IMG/VR virus record: IMGVR_UViG_3300035507_000051
Location: 1 to 64,000 of that record
Direction: 5' to 3' (one strand)
DNA from: a virus
Taxonomy: Duplodnaviria > Caudoviricetes
Length of the DNA stretch: 64,000 nucleotides
In this document: positions 47,354 through 60,966 of the stretch, in pieces
How positions within the stretch are numbered: the first letter of the stretch is position 1
Layout: each line of letters begins with the position of its first letter
The notes under the pieces: generated by a model
The model's database searches: none
The model's input: only the letters and a program-made list of their open reading frames with translations
Told to the model about the DNA's origin: nothing
Made by a program: the position numbers and the translations under genes

Positions 47354-50300
47354 TTACTTACTTAAACTTTCATAATATGTTTCCATTTTTTCAGGATGTG
47401 CTACCTTTATAAAGTTACTTCTCCATGAAGGAACTTCCAATAATGCTTTATATGCAGTACTATGCCCCTTGTATGGCCCACTCTTGATTTCATCCATCCA
47501 TCTAAATGGATTAAGAACTCTTGTTAAATTTACCGTATCTTCAATTACTGAAGTATTTGCTATTGGGCTTTTTAAAATATTAATCATTTCTGTAGGCATT
47601 TGAGTACCTATAGTCAGAGCTCCTAATTCAGTTCTTTCTCTAAGCATAAGAGCTCTTAGCATTCTTTCTGCCCAACTTCTATCTTTCTTTTTAGATTTAT
47701 CCATACATACACATAAAATACTAATAGTTAAAAACTATGTTATTTCAGCCAAAGCTCTTTTTATATTAGCTTTTTCATAATCTTCTAGTTGATTCCAATT
47801 CCAAAGCAATCTTTTTTGACCATCCTCAGTTTCTTGTCTTAAACCTAATAAAAATTTAAATGTAGTTCTGTAGTATCCTTCAAAGTCAGTATCAGCTTCC
47901 ATACTATGCATTTTAGCTCCAAATCTGTATCTAAATTGACTAGGTATCCAATCTCTATACTACATTATAAATCTACCCCACAAATGACGTCTAGCAGCAA
48001 TAGAGTCTTCATCATTATATATACCAAATAGATGCTGATTAACATATCTAATTTTAGCTTCAAATTTAGTTAAATCTTCTTCAGTGAATTCACTACCATC
48101 TTCTTTAGTTATTCCTTCTTTAAGCACTAATTTATTGCCTAAATCAGGATCATTCTCTTTTATAGGTTTAACTTCTAAAGCATCCCATAGAGATATTGCA
48201 TTTCCATTAACATCCTTTAGTTTATATCTTAAAGACATAGCTATAGCTGTTCTGTTATATAACCAGAAGTCTCCAGCATCTTGCCCTAAAAACTGAATTC
48301 TGGGGCCAAATAATCTTCCTAGGATAGTTTTATTAATGAAATCCTTATTCTTAATATGCTTTCTAAAATCCTATTTAACATTAAATTTCTGATCAAACAA
48401 AGCTAATTTACTGTGCATAGTCCTAGAACCTATGTCTCCTACATAAGAAGTTAGAGCAGCAAAGAAATGTTTATCAGCGGATGCTAATTCTCTAGCATTA
48501 AACCATTGTCCTGCAGCTGCTTCTATATTCTACATACCTATACCAGTTAAAGCATTTGCTGCATTTGCTAGTGCATTAAAACCAAGCTATACAGCACTAC
48601 CTACTTTTAGCAATAAACCAGCAGCTTTATTTATATCTACTGAAGTATTTTCTGTTACTTTTATTTCCCCGTTATCTACTAAATATTTTTCATATACTTT
48701 AGATTCAAAAAAGTCGTTGAGTAAATTTCCAAAATTACTTTCTTTAGGATCTATAAGACCTTCAGTAGTGTTTGTTCTATCTCCAGCATTGTTACGCCCC
48801 ACTAATTTTCTATTACCTTTAGTTTTAGCAATTTTTCTTTTATTCATTACCCAATGTCTTCCAATCTCTAATGGAGTACAAATATCAGACATAGCTGAGT
48901 AGTTATAAGCCATATCAGCATAAGCTATAAGACTTCCTATTACATCATGTGTTAACTGTGAAGTATCTTTACTTTTTACATAATATATAGGTAGCTAAAA
49001 CACTTCTTCTGTATCTTGCATACCTACTAATCCATGGTATTGATTGGTATCATCAAAACTTCTAATAAAAGAGGCTTTAGCACCATCTATAATACCCTTA
49101 ATATTTCCCTATTTTATAAGATCTTTAGCTCTTTCTATTGCTGATTTTCTTATTCTAATAGTATTAGTAAGTGTGGTGGTACCTTCAGGTAATAGTAAGT
49201 CTAATTGCTCTTTTAGCTCCATCCATTTATCATAGAACTCTTGCTATATGGTAGTTAAACTAGAATATCTTGAAGGGTATACTTCATGGTTAGGAATCTA
49301 AGTTCTTTTTCCATTAATAACTATGTATTCTGTATTATCCTTTATCCACTTACTTAAAGCTTGAATTTTAGCTTTATATTCCTTACTACCAATCTAAGGA
49401 TGAGCTCCATACTAATTCTTTAATTCTTGCTCTTTCTATTTATATGCTTTATCATATGCACTTCTATCATAGGAGTAATCTTTCTTATCTATAATAAGTT
49501 TGTTAATGTATCTTTCATTTCCTTCTTCAAACATAAAATCATAGTTTTTAATGCCTCTCTTTTCATATTCTAAACCTAGAGCAATAATCTACTATGACAT
49601 ATCTATAGTTTTTAACCTCTGCTGAGTTTTAGCTGCTTTAACAACCTTATCAAAAGACTGCAGTAGTGTGTCTGGATTATCAGCTACACTAGTAAAAAAT
49701 TTTTGCATAAAATTCACATCTTTTCCTGCAGTAGCTATCATTTCTTTAGCAGATATAACTTTTAATCCCCCCTTACCATCTTGAATTTTTACAGTATCTC
49801 CTACAAATTTTGTTAAAAATGTAGTAAAAGAATCTAGTGCTTTTTTATAAAATGCGGAATTTAATTCTTGATAAATTGTATTAGTAGTAGACAAAGCATT
49901 TAGAATAAATTCTTTTGAATTACCTAGGCCATTAGTTGGGTCATGAGCTAATTTTGAGTATGACACATTAGGTCCAATTTCTTCTAGGTCTATTAAATCT
50001 TCTAAAAATGGATTAGCTCCTCTAAATTCTACTCCATCTTTTATTAACTAGTTACCTTCTTTACCATTGTACTTCTCATGCTTAATATTACTTACAGTAT
50101 ATACAGCAGTTCCAGTATTAGTACCTTTAGGTGCAGGATAATTTACCTTTATAGGAATAATTTTAAGACTTTTAATTTCTATACCATACTTATCTTCTAA
50201 AAATTTTTTATACAAAGATACCTATCTTGCATATTTATCTTGCTTCTCATCATCAATTTCTCCTCTATGAGTTTTCATATCATAGATGTACCAATTGCCA

Positions 50301-52321
50301 TCTTCATCATATCCTAATAAGTCTAGAGTGCCTGCTACTCTTACTGTATGAACATGCCCTTTGCCATCAGTAGTATCTACAGTACCTTCAATAGTTACAT
50401 CTCTAGCAATAAGAGTAATTCCATCTCCCTCTATGTCATTTTTTAATTTATTAAGCTAGTATACAAATGCATTTAGGTGTTTTCTATCTACATTAGGATA
50501 TACTACATCAAGCTCTTCTCCTTCAACTTTCCAAGTATCGCTATCAGAATCATAAGTAATTCTTCCTTGCATAAAATCTCTTACTAATTCATCTATTCCT
50601 GTACCTATATTAGTTGATGGTGTTACATAAGGATTTTTGGGATCAAAATTTTTACCTTCAAAATAGGCCTAAATTACTTGAGTAGTTCTCATATATTTAG
50701 CACCAGTTTTGATGTTTATATAATAAGTACCATCGTCAGATAATTTAATTTCTTCCGAGTGCTAAACTATTATATCTGCAATCTATTTTGCAGTTAGGTT
50801 TTTAGTATCTACTGTAGTTGTGGATTCTAAAGTTCTATAATCTTTTAGTACATCTTCAGAATCTTCTATTCTCATAAATTTTTGGCTTAGAATTACATCG
50901 TCTGACATAAATTCTTCACCTAAAACATCATATAATTCATTAATTGTAACTCCCCAATTTTTTAAAGCCAAAAGAGCATTCTTAAGAGTAGAAAATTTAT
51001 CAGATAGTTCAAGTTCATCTAAGTGCTCTAAAGAGGTAAATAACTATTTGACATCAGCTTGAGCTACATCTAGTAAATCAGAAATTGCTAACATAGTTTC
51101 TTCTTTTGATAAAGCCACATTAATGTCACTTGTTAGCTAAATTGCCCTCTTTTTTATGTCATATCTCTCTTTTCCATCTTTAGTGTTTTCCCCAAGAGCA
51201 GACTACTTATGCATTCTAGCAGCAGCATCTCTCACTACTTTAGCTTGGTCTTTAGCTTTTCCTACTAGTGCAAAAAATCTAGCTTCTCTTTTTGCTCTTT
51301 CTATATCTTCTTTTTTAATCTCTTGCTTTTCTGTAATAATATCTTTAGCCAGCACAGATAAGCCTCTTTTAATACTATCTATATTGTCCTAGTAATATGC
51401 TGGATTTAATCCCTTAAATAAATTTTTAATATAATTTTTAGCTCTAGTAAATATGGGAACTTTAGTATTCTAAGTGTTCATCTAGTTTCTTATCTCAGAA
51501 TTAAGTTCATTCTAAAGCATATGGCCTACAGCTTCTTCAGCAATTAGGGCAGTATCTCCCTAATAAACTTCATAGTAATCATCATACTTATCTCCAAGAA
51601 TTTCTCTAGCAGCCTATTCATTTTTTAGATAATTATATGCTCTTTGTACTACGGGCCTTTCTATATATATTCTAGTTAGCAAATGTGCAAATTCTTCAGA
51701 AAATGCTTCTACACCTTCCATATTATCAGCCAATCTTATTAAGCTAGTAAATTCATTAGCTACAGATTTAGCATGATTAAAATTAGTTTCACCTACAATT
51801 CCAGCAGCAGTTTCTATAGAAGATAAATGAGTTACAGTAACTCCAACTTTACCTAGTATCTTAGATATAGTCTCATTTAACTGATGAATGGCTTTCTAAC
51901 TATTTGCAATTTCTTGATTAGCTTCAGTGTTAGGAACTAATCTTATTGTTAAATTTTTATCCTCGGTATAATCTACTATAGCTATATAGTCATTTTCTTT
52001 TTTCTCATTCATTTCCATTGCCTCATTTACAAGAATTCCTACATTCTCAATGGTATTCGGCAATTGTTTCATAGTTTTATTAGCCTACTCAAGTATAGTA
52101 GATTCTCCTATAGCTTTTCTTACAATAGGCAACTTCATTAAACTATTATAAGTAGGGACTCCCTCACTATCTAAAGTGAGGGAATCCTTATAATCGTTTA
52201 TGAAAGCATCTGTTACTATTTTATTAAAGATTCTAGATGCAGTAGCATAACCAAAGTTCTTTTTTAACTATTGAAATGTACTTGCACCTCTCTTTGGAAT
52301 AAATACACAAGATTTTCCCAT
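47354..52321 (-). CDS. Giant RNAP-adjacent protein (1655 aa) with degenerate zincin motif (EEFAH) and PD-(D/E)XK nuclease domain
   Basis: Five track fragments in frame; AGTLDLLGYDEDGNWYIYDMKT..(Q)VSLY. Confidence 0.75.
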
Positions 52322-52338
52322 AATTTTTAGTTTTTATT

Positions 52339-55300
52339 TTATCTTTTTGGTGGACATAATTTAGTATCTTTATCTTCAGTATCTGGATATTCATCAAGAT
52401 CTTCTTTTTTCTCATTAGGAGTATCATCTTCATCTATATCTAGATCTTCAGAATCAGGAGTTTCATCAAAATCTTCTTCTATATTTAATGAATTCTATGC
52501 TTCTATAGCTTCTAAAGCTTCAGCATCTTCTTCTAGTGAATCAGGATCTTCATCTTGAGGATCTTTTAATAGGTCAGGATCACCTAAGTCTGGTTCTGAA
52601 TCTTCAGGAATATTTTCAATTTCTCTCTCATCTTCTAGATCTTTAGGTGCAGTTTCATCAATATCTCCATCTTCTTGAGGTACTCCTCTTTCAAGATCAT
52701 CACCTTCAGTTTCTGTGGGATCTTCAAGATCTCCTTCATCTTCTGGAGACTCTTTTTTAGATTTGTCTGAATCTTTATCTTTTTTAACTTCCTTAATGTC
52801 ACCAAAAGTTCCTCTTTTAGCTAATTCAGTCCAGTCAATTTCATTATAATTTTTATTCATATTGTAATACGGAATATTAGTAGTATTATAATTACATTTC
52901 TCATAAATACCCTTATCACTTACTTTTATCCAAAGAGAATTATTTGCTCTTACAAAAGTAGGTAAAACATCAAGCCCTTCAACACTTCCTTGAACTGCTT
53001 CTTTGCCATCTGTAGTCAAATTTAGTTTACCATCTGCTATTACATATAATTTTTGTTTACTATTCAAAAATGTAGTATACTGTGGATGATTAAGTAAGAA
53101 TTGACACACAAAATTATAAATATTAAAATCACCATTTTGTAATTTGGCATTACCTTCCTTTAATGAGTCTACAAATCCAGGCAACTGATTAAAGAAAGCT
53201 GTAGTAAAGAAAGTGCCAAAGTTATTGTGACTAAATGCAAGTCCACTGTTGTAATAGCTGTACATAAAAAGATCTCTAATTAAATCTACAATTTCAGGAT
53301 CTGGAGATTGCAATAAACTCTCAATATCTTTAACATAGTGCATTCTGTCTTTATTGCTAATTTTACCAACATTTTGCATGAATATACCAATGTTTTCACT
53401 TTGAGTAATCTTTCTAAGTAAGGTATATTTATCTTTTAATTCAGGGTGTGCTTTCATAAAAGAGTAATATTTCATAGGAAAATCATGAATGTAGTAATTT
53501 CTTTTATAAATCATACTATCTTCAGTATTTTCACCAGAATCTCCAAATTCAGAATAATAGGACAATAAAGCTTGAGTTAATTCATTGCATATTGTTCTAA
53601 GAACCAAAGTGTCTCCTTTACCAGTATATCTATAATGAGTTTGATTTCTAAGTACTTTAATTACATTATGACTAGAATCATTTGTAGTTAGTGCATTTAA
53701 ATTAGGAAAAAATCTAGCACTTAAAGTAAGTGCACTTTTAATACCTAAAGTATAGGCAGCTTGTAGTCTGGGTATAGGAGCTTTCAGTATTCTATATCTA
53801 AGAGCCTCCTTACTCATTAAAGTAGCATCCAAAGTTATATCTACAATCTTATCAAGACCTTGTACAGGACTATCTTCTTCTTTAGCATCTGCCATAAAGT
53901 CCTGTGCTCCAAAATACTGTCGAATAACCTCTGGCAAACTAACTTCCAATGCTCCGTTAGTAGAATCAGATCTAGAAACTTTAGATACACTATTCAAAGA
54001 TTTAGAAAGTGCTATAATATTTTGAAAAAATACAGCATATTGTGCAGCAAATTGCTGATTATGAGATTTTTTCATTTCCTCTTCAAAAGCTTCTTTATCA
54101 GTTCTCATTAAAGAAACTAGTTCTGCTAATTTGTTAGTGCTAATATTATAACTAGATGCAGCGTATACATTGCCATTATTTAATTTTAAATCTTCAAGTA
54201 CAAGTTTACTATATTCATAAAAATCTTCACTAGTATTTATTAAACCAATAGTTTGAGGATCTAATCCCATTCTAGCAAGTAAACCTATTCTAGTTGCAGT
54301 TTTTATATTAGCACCTATATCACCTAAACAAGGATCTTTACCATTATCTGGAGATGCTGCTTGGAATTCAGCAAGAATTCTACCAATTCTTTCTCCTGAT
54401 ATTATAGAGTTTTGAAGATCCAAATTTTTAAGTACTATTCCATCAATTTGTACTTGAAATGCAGGATGTATTCCTATATTAGCAAATTGCAATTTATAGT
54501 GATTAGATGAATTTACTGCAAACATACCAATGAGTGCATTTCCATCCATAAGATTTCTTTGCAAATCAATAGCATCAATTACATCTAGAGGATCTACAGG
54601 ACTGGCATATTTATCATAGAATTCTTCTAGGAATTTAGTATTATCACCTTTCTCATCTGCTCCTATGGAATTTAATGTTGTAAACAAACCATATTTATCA
54701 ATATCATCTGCATATTGTTTTTTAAATTCTTTTAAAGCTTTAGGGTTATGCATAATTCTTTGCTGTCTTGAAGCTTGTCTAACTCTATCAAAATTACCGG
54801 GTTGCATCATTAGTTTAGAACCAGGTCTGCTTGTTAATGTATTCCAAATAACATCAATAAGCATGTTATTTCTAGTTGAAATTCTTTCATTTCTTTTTAA
54901 TGCTTCCTGTTTAGATATTTCATCAGTAGTTAAATCATTACCTTCATCATCTACAATCTTAGGTTTAAGAGTATCATACTTAGGAATATCATATTTTATG
55001 GATTTACTAGCGCCTCTAACTGCTAAGAATTCACTAAAGTCTGGATTAAACTTTTCTAGTTTCCTAATATCTTCATCTGTATATCCTTGCTTTCTGTTTC
55101 TATAAAGTATTCTCCAAAGGATATTGATTTCAGATTTAGTGAGACTAGTCTCTGCTTCTTCCTCTGATAATGCAGCTTCTTGTTCTTTCATGTAAGTTTT
55201 AAAGTCTTTACCAATCCATCTTTCAAATTCACTAAACAGCGCAGGTTTATAAGTAAATCTTTTAAATTCTCTTACCATTAAGAATAGTTTATCAATGTCA

Positions 55301-58300
55301 AAGTCAGTACCTGACATTGTAATAATATCAGAAGGTAGCATAATAGAGGTACCAGCAACTACAGGCATAAATCCTACAATTCTAATAGGCATTATGGAGT
55401 ATTTATCCTCAGTAGGAATTCTATATCCAATTACCTGAAGTAGCTTTTCAGCTTCTTTCTCACCAAAAGCAGCTTCCATTTTCTTAAAATTAATAGTTTG
55501 ATATCCTTCTGGTGTAGTTTCTAAGAAATCTGCATACATTTCTTTACAATATGCTGGAAGATAAGCTTCAATGTACTTTACACCATCAGACATATCTTTA
55601 CCATTATTATAAACAACATGCAGATTATCAGATAATCCAAAATTAGATACAAGCACTGAATTTCCTCCTTTTATTTTCTGCCTTTGTATTGCATTTTTGA
55701 ATGTAGAAAATATAAGAGCTTCAATTTTATTGCTTAAGTTAGGGCTATTAAATGGAAGCATAAATCCAGTACCTTCTTTATTGATTTGTAAAGCTTGTCT
55801 TACATCTTCTCCATATTGTGGATTTCCTTCCATCTTGGTAAATAGCATTTTTTGTAATGAATGAATATCTTGGAATTCATTACTTACTGCACTATAAGCA
55901 TCGATAAGATTATCAACTATAAGAGTATTATAAAACTGAACAGCTTCTTCTCTATTTAAAGTGGTAGGCTTACCATTTAATTCTAAAGTCATTGTAAAGT
56001 TTTCAGGAAGGTCAGCCATAATAATATTCTTAAGCTGAGATCCAAAAATAGCTTCTGCATCAATAAGATGATCATCAGAAGGCTGCACAATCATGTAAGA
56101 ACTTAATGGAAATTCTTTAAACATGATACTATTTTCACCCCCTTTAGCTGCATATTGCTGCTCTAAGGATGCAACTACTTCTTCTTTAGTCTTGTAAGCA
56201 TATTCATTTTTCTTTTCATTAAAATATTCTTGAGATATTTTTCCATTTTCTAATGCTTGAACTAATTTTCCTATATATTCTTTGTAAGTCTTAATATTTG
56301 TATCTCCTAAAATTTCTACTTTTCCTTCTTTTAAAGCCTTTTCAAATCTACTCTTGTTATAGTTTAAATCAAAAGGTGAATTGAATCCTACTTTAACTAC
56401 ACTATGAAAGTGTACTGCATCAACTCCATGATCTTCCATAAACTGCTGTAGGCCGAGCAACTTAGGGGATTTATTTAATGCAGTATTTAACATAGAAAAT
56501 AGTGCAGATAGCATGTATTCTGAGTTTTTGTGCTGTGTAGTTACTTTTTCCATTCTACCATTAGTAGATACAGCTTCAAAACCATAGAAAAATGGTTTAA
56601 TTGGATTCCACAATGCAAGAAAATCAGCAGCGGTTATAGTTCCTCTTTTGATATTTCTATAAGCATCTTCCATGCTATCAGTCCACTTACCACCTCTAGC
56701 TATAAAGATTTTTCTAAAAGAATCTAAAGATCTAAAAGACTGACCATCAGTACTACAGATTTTTTTGTAAGCTTCCAAAGTACCTCTAATCATACTTTTA
56801 TCAAACTCAGTTATATCATCAGAATCCATAAGAAGATTCTTTAAAGATTCAAAAGAATTAGATATGACATCTTCATCTTCTAAATACATAACCTTTTCTA
56901 TAAGATCTCCAATGATATTTCCTTGTTCATCTGTTTCTTTAGCAAACAATCTTTCTCCGCAAGCATATGCTTGCTTATTTCTCTTAATATAATCTTGATA
57001 ACTTTTGTAATAAGCTAAGTCACCTCCAATTAATTGTTGAATACTAGCTTGTGCAAGTGCATTATTGTAATAGTACTCAGTTAAATATTCATCAACTTTT
57101 TGAAGTTTATATTCAGTCTCTTTCTCATTGACTTCCTCATTATTTTCTTCATCTTGCTCTTCAGTTAGATTTTCTTCAGTTGAGAATAGCTCTTCATTCT
57201 TAGCAGCTTGTTGTGCCATTCTGCCATAGATTTCTAATTTATCTTCAGAAGATAATTTTTCTAGCATTCTAGCAGTTTGCTCTTCTAAATGGTCTTGTAG
57301 TATTTTCTTGAGCTCTTTGTCTCTTCTTTCTTTAAATTCAGTAGGAGACTCATTGCCTTGCATCTTACAAGCTTCTAAAACTATTTCTGCTTTAGTTTTA
57401 CCATCTACAGTTTCAGAATTTAACCAAGGAAAATATGTAAATGTGGCTCCTTTACTTCTTTTGTCATTGTAGTTTTCAATTTCTACTTGATTTTCTTTTT
57501 TATTCTTGACATCATTAATTCTATCAACTTCTTGAAGTAGATTCTTTACCAGTCTATTAAGAATTTCTCCTTTGTAATTATTTCCAGTAAATCTTCTACC
57601 TTTTAGCATTACTATAGCATCAACATCAGAGAAAGAAGGGCATGCATAATATCCATAATGATTACCATAAGTGTCATCATTAGCAGCCATATACGCATGG
57701 AATCTGCCAACCAATTGCATCTTAGCATCTACATTTTGTACACTATTTTTATCCTCACTTCCCATAAAGCTCAGCATATTTACATAAGCAAAGCTTTTTC
57801 TAAATGCATAGTCATTAGTTGAGTCATCCCAATCTTCTAGCCATGAATTTGCCCATCCTATAGGTTCTCCTTTTGCATTTCTTTCTCTAAAGAAGTCAAA
57901 ATTACCATAGTTTTTTGCAATCCATTCATTAGCATATTCTAAGTTATCAGTATTTTTTACAATATCTACTAAATCTGAAATAAAATCAGGAGCAGTATAA
58001 GTAGCTCTAGTAACTCCATTATGTCTAAAAGTCATAGTTACATATCCTTCAGAGGCTAAAGTAAGAGCTCCAGCCATAGCTAAATAAGCTCCCTGGAAAT
58101 CAGCAAGAAGGTTACTGCCTTTACCGTATGTTACATTTCCTGTTTGATTTACAATGATACTAATGCAGTTTAATATAGTGACTAATTTTTTTATTTGATC
58201 ATTAGATATAAGTGTAGCAATATCATCAAGCCCTTTTACTTCTTCTAGGGATTCTTCATCTATATTAGCAAAATCACCAAACAATGAATCTAAATTCATA

Positions 58301-60780
58301 CTGTTAGTATCTACACCTACATCATTAAGTAACCTTTCTAGACTTAATCTACCGAACTTTTTATCAAAGTGGTCATCTAAGCCCATAAGTAGATCCATTA
58401 CTTTTTTAATTTCTGCTACAGTAGCTGTGCCATTAAGGTAAGAATTTAATCTATTTATACACCACCCAAAAGGTTGTCTATTATAAAGTTTAAAATGAAT
58501 TCTTTTTCTTCTTTGTGCTGCAGTTTCATTTGCAGGTATTAAAGTCTTATCATCTTCAGCATACGCGGCATTAAACCATTGGTCTAGTTTTGCTAAATGT
58601 CTTAAATCAGCCTGGCCTGTAGCATCATATATAGAATCAATTCCTAATACTAATTTACCTTCATAGTTTGCTTTAACATTAGCTAGCAAATCTGCACTAG
58701 AGGTACCTCTATTTAAATATTTTAGTAAACCTCTTTCACTAATCATAGCACTTGGTACTTGAGCTCTTCTCATAGTAGAATAAAACTCACTTCTAGTATT
58801 TGGATCCCAAGCTTGAGGATTCTCTGGATTATAAACTAGAATATCCCTAAGATCGTATAACCAAGGATATTTTTCTATAGTTTTATCCAAAGTTTCAACA
58901 AACTGGTCTTCATTTTTCATAGAAGAAAATTCATCAAGCAGAATTCTATATGCAGTTAAAGCATCCATTCTAACTTTACCTCCAAGATCATCAAACACAT
59001 AATGCATAGGATTTTTATAATCTCTTTTAAAAAGAGAACCTAAAAGAGTTTTTATGTTAATAGATAAAGTTTTTGCTGGATCTAGTAGTTTATACTTAAC
59101 CATATACCCTTCCCTATTAGCATTAGGCTGATCCTCTCCATTATTTTCTGTATTTTCGTCTTCAGAGGCAATAACAGGCACTGTATCAAAGCTTAATTTA
59201 AGATTTTCGTTAAATTGAATCTCCCAAGCAGCCTCTTGACACAAAGCTACATATACATCAGGTTGCATCATTTGACTATAAGCTTCTACTAAGTGCTGTG
59301 CTCTAACTTTAGCTGCCTCTTTACCTCTTTTTGTCCACTTTATGATTTCACCATCTGCTTCATCAGTAAAAACTTGTACATATACTTTTTTTACTCCATC
59401 AGTATAGTCATTTCTACATTGTATTTCTTGAATAAAATCAGCACCTTCTTCAGTCTCTGGACTCATTAAAGTTTTTACTAATCTATTCATACCTTCTTGA
59501 GTTTTGCAATCTTCAACAGTATCAATAAATCTTTTTTGAATTCTATTAAAAATAGCTTCTCCTAAAGGTTTTCCTTCATACTTAAATGCACCTAAAGCGT
59601 AAACCCTTTGTGCTGCTTTATCTCCTCTGGTTAATCCCCTATAATGAGCTTCTTCTACTGCATTTCTATCTTTTAAATTAGTATAATACTCTCTAAGATC
59701 CTCTAGCTCATAATCAAGTTCTCTAGAGAAAGCTGAACTAATGTAGTGCTCTCTAGCTAATCTTTGCTCAATGTCAGGAAATACTTTAGAAAGTAGAGAG
59801 AAATCTTCAGTGTCTATAACTATTGGATTTAAATTAGGCCTTTTTGCATTTAAACTATCCAGTAGTTCTTTCTGCTTAGCTTCAGCCTTTTTTATAGCTG
59901 CTTCTTTTCTGGCTATAGTTTTAACGTTTTTAGCTCTTTTATTTAACTTTTGGATTTTAATATCTACTCCTCCATCTTTATTTGGGGAATACTGAGCTTG
60001 TATGCCCAATTGTTTATCTAGCATATCTAACAAGGCATCTGCAAATCTTTGTGGAAGATGCACATTTGGATCTGTAATAATTTCAGGAAATTGAATTTTA
60101 GTATATTTATTATTAAGCAAAAGCTGTTGTATTCTTGCAATAGCTCTTTTATTTGCTTCTATAAATATTTCTAAATCTTCATCAGTATCTTCAAAATTAT
60201 CAACCTCCTGCTTAAAAGTACCATTTACATTCTGATGATTTTTACTTAATACAAGACCAATTACATTCTTATTTAGATTTTTATTGCTATCAGCTATAAG
60301 AAATAGTCCATATCTTTTATCATTAGTAGATAATGTAGTACCATCTTTTACCTTAATAGTATCGCCAAGCTTTTCACCTGTAACTGCATTATCCGCTTGT
60401 AAACTGTAACCAGTTACAAATATAGTGTTAGGTGAAGTTCTTGGAGATCCTTTACTAGCTGTTCCTATACTAAATGTAGCATCTCCTAATTTGGTATTTT
60501 CTAAAGCTGCTTTAACTTCTGCCTTTGCTACTCTTGCTTTTGATATAGCTGAATTAATTAGATGTAAATCACCTTGTCTTGCTTTTTTCATAATGGCTTC
60601 TTGTGTTAGGTTGGTATCTGTCATTATACTAGTTATAACTGCCAATACTTCTTCAGAAGTAAGTCCTTTAGTTTCTGTTCTAGCCTATACAGCACCTAGA
60701 ACTTTTCTCCTAAAGGCTAACTATTCGTTAATTTCCTTTGTAGTATTTTTATTTACTACTGCACATTTTTTACTATTCAT
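52339..60780 (-). CDS. Virion-packaged multisubunit-type RNA polymerase (2813 aa)
   Basis: Catalytic GTDFDIDK (DFDID at 55291-55305), YRIPTE motif; ATG 60780 in frame through 2 TAG; TAA at 52339-52341. Confidence 0.92.
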
Positions 60781-60813
60781 ATAAAATAATTTATACGTTT
60801 ATAATTTATTTAC

Positions 60814-60847
60814 TGCAAAGTTAAGAATTTTTATTAATATAAACAAG
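60814..60847 (-). promoter_or_regulatory. -33/-7 promoter of the RNAP operon
   Basis: CTTG-N20-TAACTTTGCA on the minus strand. Confidence 0.8.
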
Positions 60848-60908
60848 CTTATAACAGTAAAAATTTATAAAGCAAATTAAAACTGTGAGTATTGTATTAG
60901 CAAATGAA

Positions 60909-60957
60909 TAAAAAAAAATATACCAACAAGAAGATAATATTTCTCCTTGTTGGTATT
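60909..60957 (-). terminator. Intrinsic terminator of the ThyX block
   Basis: ataccaacaag/cttgttggtat with an A-run (U-tract on minus strand). Confidence 0.8.
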
Positions 60958-60966
60958 AATTATATT

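Noticed and set aside
1-52500. Widespread pseudogenisation suggested by fragmented ORFs
   Set aside because: The breaks are in-frame TAG, frames are preserved, and a CUA tRNA is present.
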